From Bdellovibrionota bacterium (GTDB lineage: Bacteria > Bdellovibrionota_G > JALEGL01 > DATDPG01), in the NCBI GenBank assembly GCA_963668355.1, contig OY764265.1, positions 2,720,001 to 2,784,000 on the forward strand: a stretch of DNA of 64,000 bases, read 5' to 3'. Of the stretch, positions 39,741 to 49,656 are shown piece after piece. The notes beneath the pieces were generated by a model. The model saw nothing but the letters and a program-made list of their open reading frames with translations, did not search any database and was not told where the DNA came from. A program made the position numbers and the translations under genes. Positions within the stretch are counted from its first letter, which is position 1, and each line of letters begins with the position of its first letter.

Positions 39741-40996
39741 TACGCCACCACTCCTTCCACTACATCTCCTTCATGTTTCAGCAATCTCACGTCCACCAAT
39801 CTTTCCATCAGACGATCAGGCCCCTCCATTCGAACCGGGATGTATTGTGGGGTATAACCACACAGACGTCCTTTCGCATCCCGACGTTTCTCGACCAACA
39901 CGCCCTGCTCCATACCCAAAAACCGAGACTCAAAAGCCATCCGTTTCTTTTTTCCCAAGGCTTGGAGAATATTGACGCGCTCCCGTTTGACTTCCGAAGG
40001 CACATCATCCTTAAAGTTTGCGGCCCGTGTTCCTGGCCGTGGAGAGTAACGAAATACATGCAAATAGGTGATGGGAAGATCTTCAATCAATTTCACCGTT
40101 TGTTGGAAATCCTGCTCCGTCTCACCCGGAAAACCGGCGATCACATCAGAGCCGATGGACATATCTGAGCGGGCTTGGCCCAATGCCATCACCCGATCCC
40201 GAAAGTTTTTCACCCGATGCTTTCGGTTCATTCTTCGAAGAACCTCATCGCTTCCACTTTGCATCGGGACATGAAAATGAGGCTGAATATTAGCCCTTTC
40301 CCGGACCAAACGAATCAAATCCGGAGAAAGAGTCGTTGGTTCCACCGAACTGACCCGAAGGGCCATTTGAGGAAACGCATTCATCAACTCGCGAAGCGCT
40401 TCAGAAAGTTTTTTCTTCGGCGTGAGATCTCGTCCATAAGCCCCCAAATGAACTCCTGTCACGACCACTTCCTGGTATCCCGTTTCAGCATATGCCTGCA
40501 TTTGGGGAATCAATTCCGAGACCGGGATCGACCGACTTCTTCCCCGGATATAGGGAAGAATGCAAAAGGCGCAATAAGCATTGCATCCATCCTGCATTTT
40601 CAAGTAGGCCCGCGTCTGCTCGCCAAATTTCTCAATGATTTCAGGAGCCTTCCCGGCAATGGGAAGTCCCATTTTTTGGGGAATTTGGAACTGGTTGGCC
40701 ATGGGGACAACTTCCCGAACCCCAACCATGGATCGATATCGCTCTGGATCGGCTTCAGAAGAACAGCCCGTGACCAGAATCTCGGCATTTGGATGTTCTC
40801 GATGCAATTTTCGAAGAAGTTGACGGGCCTGCCGATCGGCTGAGGCCGTTACGGCGCAGGTATTCACAATCACGACATCAGGCTCAGTTTCGGCATTCAC
40901 CTGAATCTCAGGTGCCTTCCGGAGCTGCGCCTCGATCGCTACCGTGTCGGCCTTATTAACTTTACAGCCGAAGGTATACGTCCGAACCACCTTCAT
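39740..40996 (-). CDS. mtaB: tRNA t6A37 methylthiotransferase
   Basis: TFGCKVN, NTCAVT..AD, radical SAM CNAYCAFC, GFPGET, HVFRYSPRPGT. Confidence 0.92.
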   Translation of the reverse strand: MKVVRTYTFGCKVNKADTVAIEAQLRKAPEIQVNAETEPDVVIVNTCAVTASADRQARQLLRKLHREHPNAEILVTGCSSEADPERYRSMVGVREVVPMANQFQIPQKMGLPIAGKAPEIIEKFGEQTRAYLKMQDGCNAYCAFCILPYIRGRSRSIPVSELIPQMQAYAETGYQEVVVTGVHLGAYGRDLTPKKKLSEALRELMNAFPQMALRVSSVEPTTLSPDLIRLVRERANIQPHFHVPMQSGSDEVLRRMNRKHRVKNFRDRVMALGQARSDMSIGSDVIAGFPGETEQDFQQTVKLIEDLPITYLHVFRYSPRPGTRAANFKDDVPSEVKRERVNILQALGKKKRMAFESRFLGMEQGVLVEKRRDAKGRLCGYTPQYIPVRMEGPDRLMERLVDVRLLKHEGDVVEGVVA

Positions 40997-41102
40997 TTGG
41001 GTGCCCTCTTATAGAGATTTCTCAACGCAATCAAGACCTAGATTTTCAAGCAAAAACGAACTTATTACCCTTCACCCCGGCATTCCGTTAGAGTGGGAAT
41101 TC

Positions 41103-41627
41103 ATGAAGAAATGGGTCGGCATATTTGGAGGCAGTTTTGATCCCCCTCATTTGGGACACCTCCTGGCTGCGGTCTACGCCCTGAAGGTATTTGAATTCGA
41201 TGAGGTCTGGCTCGTCCCGGCCTTCCGTCACGCATTCGCGAAAGACCTCTCTCCCTTCAAGCATCGGGTGGATATGTGCAAGCACCTAATGTTATCTCTC
41301 GGAAATCAGTTCAAAGTATCTGAAATTGAGAAAGAAACCGACAGCGACGGAAAAATGCTTCTCACCCTTAAGGCTTTGAAAAAAAAGCATAAGGACAAAG
41401 CGTTTTCGCTGATTGTCGGATCTGACACGCTTAAAGATCGAGACCGCTGGTACAAGTTTGAAGAGATTGAAAACAGCTTCATGGTGTTCGTGGTCCCCCG
41501 AACCGGAAGCACCGATTCTCCCTTTGCCATTCCCAATATTTCGTCCACAGAAATCCGAAGTCGCCTAAAAAAAGGCCGCCCTTTGGGAGACCTCCTCACA
41601 CCCGACGTAGCCGGTTTAGTAAAATAG
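41103..41627 (+). CDS. nadD: nicotinate-nucleotide adenylyltransferase
   Basis: GGSFDPPHLGH, IVGSD, ISSTEIR. Confidence 0.93.
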   Translation: MKKWVGIFGGSFDPPHLGHLLAAVYALKVFEFDEVWLVPAFRHAFAKDLSPFKHRVDMCKHLMLSLGNQFKVSEIEKETDSDGKMLLTLKALKKKHKDKAFSLIVGSDTLKDRDRWYKFEEIENSFMVFVVPRTGSTDSPFAIPNISSTEIRSRLKKGRPLGDLLTPDVAGLVK

Positions 41628-41629
41628 AC

Positions 41630-42136
41630 TTAAAACCTCGGACCCCCTCTTTGAAACTGAAAAGACTTGGATTTCGGAAACCTCTTAATGTGCTTCATAA
41701 TTCTCCGTATATTCTCTCCCTCAAAGAGCAAGGGCTTGGGGAAAAATAAAACGCCAGGATAAGAGGCCCGAAGTTTCCGGTCATATATAGGGTTTCCTAG
41801 CCGAGCACTTAAGACAATTACGGGCTTGTCCGGTTTCCAAGTCTTAAACCAATCTAGAAGCTTGAAACCTAAAAAGGGAGAGTCCGGGTGAAAACCGTTC
41901 TCTTCCAATTCTTTCGGGTGAAAAATCAGATCAACAAAGACGACATCAAACAGAGCCAAATCCACATTTCCATTAAAAATGGGCTGAGGCGTCTCCAAAT
42001 GAGATACGACCCAATCCTCCTGCACAAAGGCCATTGACTCAGCATTGAGGATATCGTCATCAATCACCAAAACCCGCAGACGACCCTCATCTTGACTCTC
42101 GCCACTCAAATTAAACGTCTTCAACACAGCTTTCAC
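41630..42136 (-). CDS. stand-alone response regulator receiver domain
   Basis: VLVIDDD, phosphoacceptor VFVDL, VLSA and FPKP; paralog of 43603-44082. Confidence 0.8.
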   Translation of the reverse strand: MKAVLKTFNLSGESQDEGRLRVLVIDDDILNAESMAFVQEDWVVSHLETPQPIFNGNVDLALFDVVFVDLIFHPKELEENGFHPDSPFLGFKLLDWFKTWKPDKPVIVLSARLGNPIYDRKLRASYPGVLFFPKPLLFEGENIRRIMKHIKRFPKSKSFQFQRGGPRF

Positions 42137-42162
42137 TTATTTCCAGCACTTAATGTGTAAAG

Positions 42163-42582
42163 TTAACTTATACGATAAATGGGCAGGGAGGTATATGAAA
42201 ATCCGGGTCTTCGTTTTCGCAATACATGCGTGACCGTAAGAAGTTGAAATATTCGATAGATATTCTTTGGGTTTTGAACATGGAGATTGAACACAAACTC
42301 ATGCCACAGATCCAGGCAGACCTGTTTCCAGATTCTCTCACAAGTCAGATGATCCTCTTGGCTTGAAACACATGGAATCCAATTTTCCAAAAACACATCA
42401 AATGAGCTTCCCAAATCAAACTCATGACAAGCCCACTCCCGAACACCCGCCATACGTTTGGAAAGAAATAAACTCGAAAAAAAGTCGAAACCGCTCTCCC
42501 AATTTCGATAAAGCGAATTTCCATGAATCGAAAGAAAGAGTTCGTAAGAAGAAGGAAAAAACATATTCCAAAACGTTTCCAT
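42163..42582 (-). CDS. hypothetical protein
   Basis: GAGG RBS upstream; co-oriented within an apparent operon; no recognised motif. Confidence 0.5.
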   Translation of the reverse strand: METFWNMFFPSSYELFLSIHGNSLYRNWESGFDFFSSLFLSKRMAGVREWACHEFDLGSSFDVFLENWIPCVSSQEDHLTCERIWKQVCLDLWHEFVFNLHVQNPKNIYRIFQLLTVTHVLRKRRPGFSYTSLPIYRIS

Positions 42583-42592
42583 AACTAAACAC

Positions 42593-43045
42593 TCACCTCT
42601 TCCTTTTGGAGAGAGATATTCGGGGAGTCTTTAAATACTTCTTCTTCATTTCTTCGACAGCCTCCCGCTTCATCAACCCAAAGAAACCCAGAAACATCGT
42701 TTGTTGCATTTCCGCGATCAACGGACCGAAGAGAACCGTCGCTTCCTTCTTGCGTCGCTGTTTCGACTCCTTGGACTCTTTCGGCAATCTTGGAATCTGA
42801 ATTTCCACCGTGCCCAGGATATGATTCACGCGACACGCGGGTTCTTTCAATTGGGAAACTTCACGATGCTCAATGGTGTGCGAAAAGAAGGTCGTGATGT
42901 TGGCATCATGGGAAGGGTCTTGGAAATACTGCTTTCTCAAAAAGGCTGCCCAAGCATCCAACCCTTTAAAATCGCCCAGCGTACGTATCTCTACGGGAGA
43001 AGAGTGAGAAGCTGAGAAGTCAATCGGGAGCGAATCAAATTCCAT
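42593..43045 (-). CDS. hypothetical protein
   Basis: AAGGA RBS; first gene of a leftward operon divergent from the HTH gene. Confidence 0.55.
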   Translation of the reverse strand: MEFDSLPIDFSASHSSPVEIRTLGDFKGLDAWAAFLRKQYFQDPSHDANITTFFSHTIEHREVSQLKEPACRVNHILGTVEIQIPRLPKESKESKQRRKKEATVLFGPLIAEMQQTMFLGFFGLMKREAVEEMKKKYLKTPRISLSKRKR

Positions 43046-43071
43046 AAATCATTTCCTTTGCCAACGCGGAT

Positions 43072-43120
43072 TGTATTATAAAATAATACTATACACAAAG
43101 TTGTATTATCTTTTACTACA
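43072..43120. promoter_or_regulatory. tandem palindromic operator-like sites
   Basis: GTATTAT-aaa-ATAATAC (43073-43089, perfect) and GTATTAT-ctt-TTACTAC (43103-43119), 30 bp apart. Confidence 0.6.
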
Positions 43121-43170
43121 TTCCCAAAACAACAAAGACGTCTGCAATATCAATATGATAAATTGAATAT

Positions 43171-43665
43171 GTGTCTCCGATTCGAAATCAAGCCCGGCTC
43201 ACCGCAAAAATCGCGGCTCCTTATCGAAAAGCCCTTCAGGTCTTTTTGAAGAAAGCCTTTCCCACTTCAGATGACCAAAGACAACTGGCACAATCCCTGG
43301 ATCGGTCTGTGGATACAATCCGAACCCTCATCTTTCAGGGAGAAGGTGGCTTGGATTTGGTCCTGGCCTGCCTCCACCACGCGATCGCTTCTACCAATGA
43401 AACAAAAATCAAACCCGATGATCTCATGCAAGCGTTTTCGGATTTTCTGAAACGAAACGAAGAACCCACACCTTCGGATAAGTTGTTCAACCAGTGGAAA
43501 GAAAACTTATCCGAAGAAACTCTGTTCTTTTATATGAGCCTTTTCGACCTTCACATTCATATGATTGATGACTTCAACCGTAAGAAAACACGAAAGAAAA
43601 AGCTACGCCGTAGCGGTCCGGTCTTTTCCTCGTCCAAGCCTCTCCAAAATACGACCAAAGTTTGA
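43171..43665 (+). CDS. putative HTH DNA-binding protein
   Basis: QRQLAQSLDRSVDTIRTLI fits a helix-turn-helix pattern; divergent arrangement with palindromes between. Confidence 0.55.
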   Translation: MSPIRNQARLTAKIAAPYRKALQVFLKKAFPTSDDQRQLAQSLDRSVDTIRTLIFQGEGGLDLVLACLHHAIASTNETKIKPDDLMQAFSDFLKRNEEPTPSDKLFNQWKENLSEETLFFYMSLFDLHIHMIDDFNRKKTRKKKLRRSGPVFSSSKPLQNTTKV

Positions 43666-44082
43666 ATCCGAAAAATCCATCGGTTTCCCAAAACACACAA
43701 CTTCCGGGAAACGAATCTGGAATTGTTTAACCTCGTCTGCGTTGGCCAACAAAGCACTCATCGCCACCACCGGTTTCTGAGGAGAATTTTCGCGAAACCA
43801 ATGTAAAACCTTACATCCAAGGTGAGGCGTGCTGGGTTCAAATTTATTCTGTGTCAACTCAACGGCATTGAACACCAAATCCACAATCACTAAATCGAAA
43901 ACAGAAACATCGACTTGCCCATCGAACAGCGGCTGCGGGCTACTCAGACTTGAAATAACCCACTGATCCTGGCAAAGAGCAAGAGCCTCGGCTTGATCCA
44001 CCTCATCATCAATGAACAAAACATTCAAAGAGGCTCTGGTTTTGGGATCTTTCCGTTGCGTATAATCAAAGACTTTCAACAT
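43603..44082 (-). CDS. stand-alone response regulator receiver domain
   Basis: VLFIDDE, VIVDL, AMSA and GKP; immediately downstream of the kinase. Confidence 0.82.
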   Translation of the reverse strand: MLKVFDYTQRKDPKTRASLNVLFIDDEVDQAEALALCQDQWVISSLSSPQPLFDGQVDVSVFDLVIVDLVFNAVELTQNKFEPSTPHLGCKVLHWFRENSPQKPVVAMSALLANADEVKQFQIRFPEVVCFGKPMDFSDSNFGRILERLGRGKDRTATA

Positions 44083-44092
44083 AACCGAGCCT

Positions 44093-47000
44093 TCAAGCCT
44101 CCATACTTCGTTCAGCACCTCGGAAAATGAACTTCTTTGCCCCTTTAATATCCGGAGCCTCTTTGGGAACCGTGATCGAAAACGTCGTTCCTCGGCCCGG
44201 TGCGGATTCTACACGAATCTCCCCTTCAAAAAGGTTTTCGATGATGTCCTGACAAATGAAGAGTCCCAGACCGGTCCCCTCACCTGCCGGTTTTGTGCTT
44301 TCAAAAGGATCAAATACTTTTTCCAAAAATGCTTCTGGAATTCCTTGCCCATGATCCTGAACCGAAATTCGGGCCCGCGTTCCCTGTTCAGAGACCTTCA
44401 CCTGAATGGGTCCCCCTCCATCTTCGGTGGCATACAAACCATTGTCCACCAAGTTGACCACGACTTGCATAATGGGAGCATAACCAAAAATCTTCACCTC
44501 CGGCCCCTCTTCCAAAAGTAAATCCACTCCCTTGGTTTTGGACTTCTTCCGCAAAAGCGTGAAAGCATCCTCAACCATCTCTCGAAGATTGATTTCCGTA
44601 CGTTCGATAGATCCGGAGGCATACGACTGCATGCTCGTAATGATATGACTTAAACGATCCGCTCCCTGTTGAGCAGTATTCCCAGCATTCAGCAAACGCT
44701 CCGCCTCCACCAAGGCTGCCTTCAAATCAAACGACTCGCCCTCTTGTGACATTCGTTCATGGAGAGATTTTAAGCGCTTTCGAACCCCCGAAAGATGATT
44801 TCTCAACGAATGAAGAGGATTTTTCATTTCATGAGCCAGCCCCGTTGACATGAGACCCAATGTCACAAGCTTGTCGGCATTGCTGAGGCGCTTGAACATC
44901 AACGAACGATCCACCTGCCCCTTCACCCGAGCCACCAGAACTTCTTGTGCAAAAGGCTTGGTCACATAGTCATTGGCTCCCAGCTTTAAATGCTCCGTGA
45001 CATCTGAGTCTTCCCCTTTGGACGTAAGCATGATGACCGGAATTCGGACATATTCTGAGTTCTCGCGAATCGCCTTGAGGAATTCCGTGCCATTCATCAC
45101 CGGCATCATGATGTCCGACAAAATGCAATCGACCTTGGTATCTTTCAAAAGCTCCAAAGCCTCTTTTCCATTGGGTCCAAAAAAGACATTGAATTTGCCT
45201 TGAAGCGCATGAAGAATGACTTGCGCTACATCCGGGTTATCCTCCGCCACCAACACATTGGGAAGCTCAGCATTAATTTCGGGCGGCGTTTTCGGGGGAT
45301 AGACCACATCCAAAGAACCCGCAAACCTCTCCGGATCAGTTTTTTCCAGTTTATACTCTGAGTCCTTCGGGACCAAATCCACATTCTGACTCAAAGGAAG
45401 CGCGATCACGAATTTCGAACCACCCAACTCCGAGTCCTCAATCCAAATTTGGCCATTGTGAAGCTCCACAATCTCCTTCACAAAAGATAGGCCGATGCCG
45501 CTACCGCCATGCGATTTAATGTCCGTGGCCACGCTTTGGTAATAACGATTGAAGACCTGATGCCTTTCCTCCGGAGAGATTCCAGGCCCGGAATCCTCAA
45601 TATCAAAAAAGATACGGGCCATATTCGTACGAATCGTGACCCGAATGTTCCCTTGATCACAAAATTTGATGGCGTTTCCCAAGACATTGTCAATCACCCT
45701 TTGCATTTGGATTGGATCCAACGGGACGAGCAAACCGGACACCTCTTGAGCACGAAATTCGAAGCTCAGACCTTTTTGAGCACAAGCGACATCATAGCCC
45801 GAAACCCATTCCTCAAGGGCCGAACCCACCTTCACATTTTCCCATTTAAGCTTTAAGCCCCGCGATTCTGCCCGAACCGTATCCAAAAGCTGCTGAATCA
45901 TGCCCAAAAGCTTGATGAGATTTCTCTTCGCGGGCTTTAAAACCTCTTGAACTCCCTCACCCGCAGAATTCAAAACCCCCAAAGCCACCGTCAAAGGCGT
46001 CTTAAAATCGTGCGACACATTGGCAAAAAACTGCTGCTTCATTTTATCCATCGCCCGCAGCTCCTCATTCGCCGCCTTCAAATCCTGCGTCCGCAAATTC
46101 ACCTGCTCCTCAACATAAACAAACGCATCGGCAGACTCTTTTGCTAGAGCCAGGGCACTCGCCCCCACAAAAGCGAAAAAACCATATGGAATCAAATAAG
46201 GAGCGCCTTCTAAACCAAGACTTGTAACAAACGCATCATGGGAAATTGAAAAAACGAACGCTGAGTAACCAACTCCGTAACGCCACAAATTCCGGTTTTT
46301 TATCCAAACTCGTAAAAAACAGATGTATCCAATAAGAAAGCAAAGAATTAAAATTGAAAACCAGCCTTCATAAAAGCGATAAACTTCATGAAAGCTGCTC
46401 TCAGCCACACCACCAATTCCAGCAATCCCACCTCCAAGAATCGCCGTAAAAAGGAGCCATTTTGGAATGGCCTTCATTCGAACACGAAGAAATGTCAAAA
46501 AAACCACTGAACCTAGAATTGCATTTATGAGATGAATCTTCATTACGAGAGAAAGATTTCCAAAAGATCGAAAGGGCCATGCACTAATCATTAAGATATA
46601 AACCGCGATACTTCCTGCACAAAGAGCGAAAACACCGTGTTCCTTCCGTTCCGGAAGCAAAACAAATACAAACAAATAGTAAAAGGCCACACCAAGAAGA
46701 AGAACCGATAACATTCGAAAATAGCCAAAACGAAACCACTCGATTCGACTAATGATCGGTGTGAGGACTTCTGCTTCACCAATTCCTATGGGTCCAGCAT
46801 ATAACCCAGCGTTGTTAGCACCCCTCTTCCAAATATGGATCTCAAGTTTGTTTATCTTATTGATCCGACAATTTTTTGGGATTTCATAAGCCCGCAAAGC
46901 TCCCCACCACCAGCCACTAAGACTTCCTGTGCTGGAAACTCCGGTACTTCCTATTTCGCATGAATTGAGAAAAACCCGGTCGGAATCTGCCACCCTTCCC

Positions 47001-47296
47001 AAAACTATGACTGGCCTACGAACGTCATTAAATTTCGAAGAACTAACATCTTTGGAAAGAATCCATTCCCGCTCCTTTCCAAACTGTTCTTTTCCACGAA
47101 AGTCTTCAGGAATAACAACATTTGTTCCCAGAACCTCACCAGACGAAGTTGAAACTTCCCAATCGGCACTTTCCAGAGGGTCGATTGCCTTTCGCAACTC
47201 ACCTTCAGAAAAAGAAAGCCAAATCCGAGGTAGAAAAAGGAAAAAAAGGACGAGCCAAAATAGGACATCAATAATTAGATTGCGTTTTTTTCTCAT
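44093..47296 (-). CDS. hybrid sensor kinase: periplasmic beta-sandwich + 7TM (7TM-DISM-like) + HisKA/HATPase + REC + second HisKA/HATPase
   Basis: VLGRVADSDRVFLNSCEIG, about 7 TM helices, SHDFKTPL, NAIKF, DSGPG, GGSGIGL, EDN/SDIMMP/KPF, AHEMKNPL, DHGQG, GTGLGL. Confidence 0.9.
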   Translation of the reverse strand: MRKKRNLIIDVLFWLVLFFLFLPRIWLSFSEGELRKAIDPLESADWEVSTSSGEVLGTNVVIPEDFRGKEQFGKEREWILSKDVSSSKFNDVRRPVIVLGRVADSDRVFLNSCEIGSTGVSSTGSLSGWWWGALRAYEIPKNCRINKINKLEIHIWKRGANNAGLYAGPIGIGEAEVLTPIISRIEWFRFGYFRMLSVLLLGVAFYYLFVFVLLPERKEHGVFALCAGSIAVYILMISAWPFRSFGNLSLVMKIHLINAILGSVVFLTFLRVRMKAIPKWLLFTAILGGGIAGIGGVAESSFHEVYRFYEGWFSILILCFLIGYICFLRVWIKNRNLWRYGVGYSAFVFSISHDAFVTSLGLEGAPYLIPYGFFAFVGASALALAKESADAFVYVEEQVNLRTQDLKAANEELRAMDKMKQQFFANVSHDFKTPLTVALGVLNSAGEGVQEVLKPAKRNLIKLLGMIQQLLDTVRAESRGLKLKWENVKVGSALEEWVSGYDVACAQKGLSFEFRAQEVSGLLVPLDPIQMQRVIDNVLGNAIKFCDQGNIRVTIRTNMARIFFDIEDSGPGISPEERHQVFNRYYQSVATDIKSHGGSGIGLSFVKEIVELHNGQIWIEDSELGGSKFVIALPLSQNVDLVPKDSEYKLEKTDPERFAGSLDVVYPPKTPPEINAELPNVLVAEDNPDVAQVILHALQGKFNVFFGPNGKEALELLKDTKVDCILSDIMMPVMNGTEFLKAIRENSEYVRIPVIMLTSKGEDSDVTEHLKLGANDYVTKPFAQEVLVARVKGQVDRSLMFKRLSNADKLVTLGLMSTGLAHEMKNPLHSLRNHLSGVRKRLKSLHERMSQEGESFDLKAALVEAERLLNAGNTAQQGADRLSHIITSMQSYASGSIERTEINLREMVEDAFTLLRKKSKTKGVDLLLEEGPEVKIFGYAPIMQVVVNLVDNGLYATEDGGGPIQVKVSEQGTRARISVQDHGQGIPEAFLEKVFDPFESTKPAGEGTGLGLFICQDIIENLFEGEIRVESAPGRGTTFSITVPKEAPDIKGAKKFIFRGAERSMEA

Positions 47297-47489
47297 ATGC
47301 CTGCAATTTGCATGGTTTTATGTAAACACAAACTATACTTAGATTTATTTTAATTGACCGGAATTTCTCAATTTTTTGGAATATTTTGAAAGAGACCAAT
47401 GTCACAAATTGGTTGAGACTTAGAGATCCCAGTCATGACTTTCCTGTTTTTTCATGCTAATGATTACAATAGGTTATCCAGTTTTTTTT

Positions 47490-47504
47490 TGGCACGAAAC
47501 TTGG
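47490..47504 (+). promoter_or_regulatory. sigma54-like promoter (TGGCAC-gaaac-TTGG) of the PilZ/GNAT gene
   Basis: Perfect -24 box, -12 box with GG instead of GC; IHF-like TTACAATAGGTTA upstream. Confidence 0.5.
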
Positions 47505-47523
47505 GTAAATAAAAGCACCAAAT

Positions 47524-49656
47524 ATGTCGACGGTAGAACATAGGGACTCTCCAAGAATTTCACCAAAATCGGCTTTGAGCGCTCAAGTTTTGTTGGAATC
47601 AGGGCACCTCGTCTTAGGGGACGTTCTCAATTGTTCCAATTCGGGCTTTGGTCTCTCTATTCCTCTAACGAACAAAACTCGCAACCTGGTCCGGGGTAGA
47701 TATCCCCAAAACACCCCTCAAGCAAAAATCCAGATTTATAAGGACGAGAATGTCATTCTGGACGGAATGTGCCTTATTCGACATGGATCTCTTTCCAAAA
47801 AGAAAGCAATCAATTCGGAGGACGATGCGGCTATTTTAGGCGTGAGCTTAGTCAGAAACCCTTCTCCAGATATAAACAATGTTCATTTCACTACTAAAAC
47901 ACCTGAAATTGATATCATTGATTCTAAGGAGAGGATAAATGAAGTCTTTGTCGACTTTTTCGGACTTGAACAGTCGGCCGCGTCTCTTCACATAGAAGGA
48001 TCAAACAGTATTCAGGGGACTTTTTCATGTGATGAACTCTCAAAAACCGTTTCGAAAATCTGTTTTCAAACAAAGAATAATATTCTCGCGTCTGAAAAAC
48101 CGGGGAAAAACCTTCGGTTTTCTTTTGAGATGTTCCGATCCTTCTACATCTTCGATTCGAAAATAGTAGCCAAAAGCAATAATCGTCTAGAAGTCAGAAT
48201 CCCCTCTACTGTTATCAGGGTCACAAGAAGGATTACTTCTCGCGTAAGCCCTCGTGACAATGAGGTCTTTGAGCTAAGCATTGAAGACGGTTTAACGGAA
48301 AGCAGAGTGTATGGAAAAATACTTAACTTGACGGAACGAGGGTTCTCCGTACTGCTTCAGAACAAATCTCCCATCTACGCGCCAGGTTTTCATTTAAAAA
48401 ACGTTAGGTTCAACCTACCAAAAGCGGAGTCCTTCACAGTAAATGCCATTGTCGTTCATTGTTCTTCAACAGATGAAGGTCTGGTGCTTCTCCAGGCTAG
48501 CCTAAATAATAATGAGCGAAAAAATTTAATGCCTTTATTTAATTTTGTTGTCGAACGAAGATATGACACAACCAGTCAGCTAACTCGAATCCAATACGAA
48601 AAACTTTGGTTCCTTTTTGCTGACTCTGGATACACGGATCTTTGTGAGCCCGAAGCAGCCAAATTCATGAAATCGACAGCTGAATCAACCTGGAGTTCCA
48701 TGGAAAAGAGCCCCGACTTACTTGCAAGAAATGTCGCTGTAGATCAGGACGGAAGAGCTTTAGCAGCAGGGCTTCACATTACGAGGATATTCTCTGATAG
48801 CTGGCTTATCCACCATCTGGCCATCCTCAAAGGACATCAAAGAACAGCCACGCCACAGCTATTCGGTGCAATGTGTGACTATCTCATACAAACAGGTGCC
48901 AAATACGTAATTTCTTATACGAAGGCCGGGGAAGCTTGGAGCGAGAAAAATTACTATGCTTTTGCTAGAGAATACCCAAGCATTGACGTCAATTTCATCG
49001 AATCCTACCAAGTGCTTCAGTTTCCTCTTTTGACAAAGAATCAAACGTTGAGCCCTTCTACAAACATTACAATTCGAGAAGGAACCCAATGGGATAAGAA
49101 GAGAATCGCAAAGTTCCTATCTCAAACAGAATCGCCCCTATGGCTAAAGGCTTTTGACCTTTTAGAAAACACAATCGATCTCTCCGACATCAGTTCAAAA
49201 TATGAAGCCGCGGGTCTTCAGAGGAACCGAACATTTTTCATTGCTGAAACAAACCGAAAGATGGTGGCCTTTGCGATGTGCGACATTGCTACCACTGGCG
49301 TGAATATTTGGAGTCTCACCGATAATTTCCGAGTTTTTGTAGTAGATCCCCTCCACCCTAAGCTGGAGGAAGCTAAAAGGAATCTGACAATTCAGGCATT
49401 AAACTTCTATAGAAACGCCGGAAAACCTCTAGGCCTTTGTTTTTCCAAGGATACTTCCTTCAAGTATTTAAAGGGAATCGAGTGGGTCGAGTTTGAGAAA
49501 ACTTCCCTCTGGGTCACCACTGATCAAATGGTTCCCAGGTACCGTCAATATAATGCTCAAGTCTTTGGAAGAATCATGGCAAAAACGCGAATGAGAAAAA
49601 AAGCTGCAGAAAAACGGCGAAAAATAATTGGTTCAGTCGTAGAATCAAAAAAATGA
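47524..49656 (+). CDS. tandem PilZ domains fused to a GNAT/acyltransferase-like C-terminal region
   Basis: RDSPR...NCSNSG and RITSR...NLTERG c-di-GMP-binding motif pairs. C-terminal LFADSGY...LHITRIFSDSWLIHHLAI resembles a GNAT fold. Confidence 0.7.
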   Translation: MSTVEHRDSPRISPKSALSAQVLLESGHLVLGDVLNCSNSGFGLSIPLTNKTRNLVRGRYPQNTPQAKIQIYKDENVILDGMCLIRHGSLSKKKAINSEDDAAILGVSLVRNPSPDINNVHFTTKTPEIDIIDSKERINEVFVDFFGLEQSAASLHIEGSNSIQGTFSCDELSKTVSKICFQTKNNILASEKPGKNLRFSFEMFRSFYIFDSKIVAKSNNRLEVRIPSTVIRVTRRITSRVSPRDNEVFELSIEDGLTESRVYGKILNLTERGFSVLLQNKSPIYAPGFHLKNVRFNLPKAESFTVNAIVVHCSSTDEGLVLLQASLNNNERKNLMPLFNFVVERRYDTTSQLTRIQYEKLWFLFADSGYTDLCEPEAAKFMKSTAESTWSSMEKSPDLLARNVAVDQDGRALAAGLHITRIFSDSWLIHHLAILKGHQRTATPQLFGAMCDYLIQTGAKYVISYTKAGEAWSEKNYYAFAREYPSIDVNFIESYQVLQFPLLTKNQTLSPSTNITIREGTQWDKKRIAKFLSQTESPLWLKAFDLLENTIDLSDISSKYEAAGLQRNRTFFIAETNRKMVAFAMCDIATTGVNIWSLTDNFRVFVVDPLHPKLEEAKRNLTIQALNFYRNAGKPLGLCFSKDTSFKYLKGIEWVEFEKTSLWVTTDQMVPRYRQYNAQVFGRIMAKTRMRKKAAEKRRKIIGSVVESKK

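Noticed and set aside
39042..40843. Long plus-strand ORFs (222 aa each) antisense to rnc and mtaB
   Set aside because: No motifs and fully overlapping well-supported genes; typical antisense shadows, as are most other short ORFs in the track.
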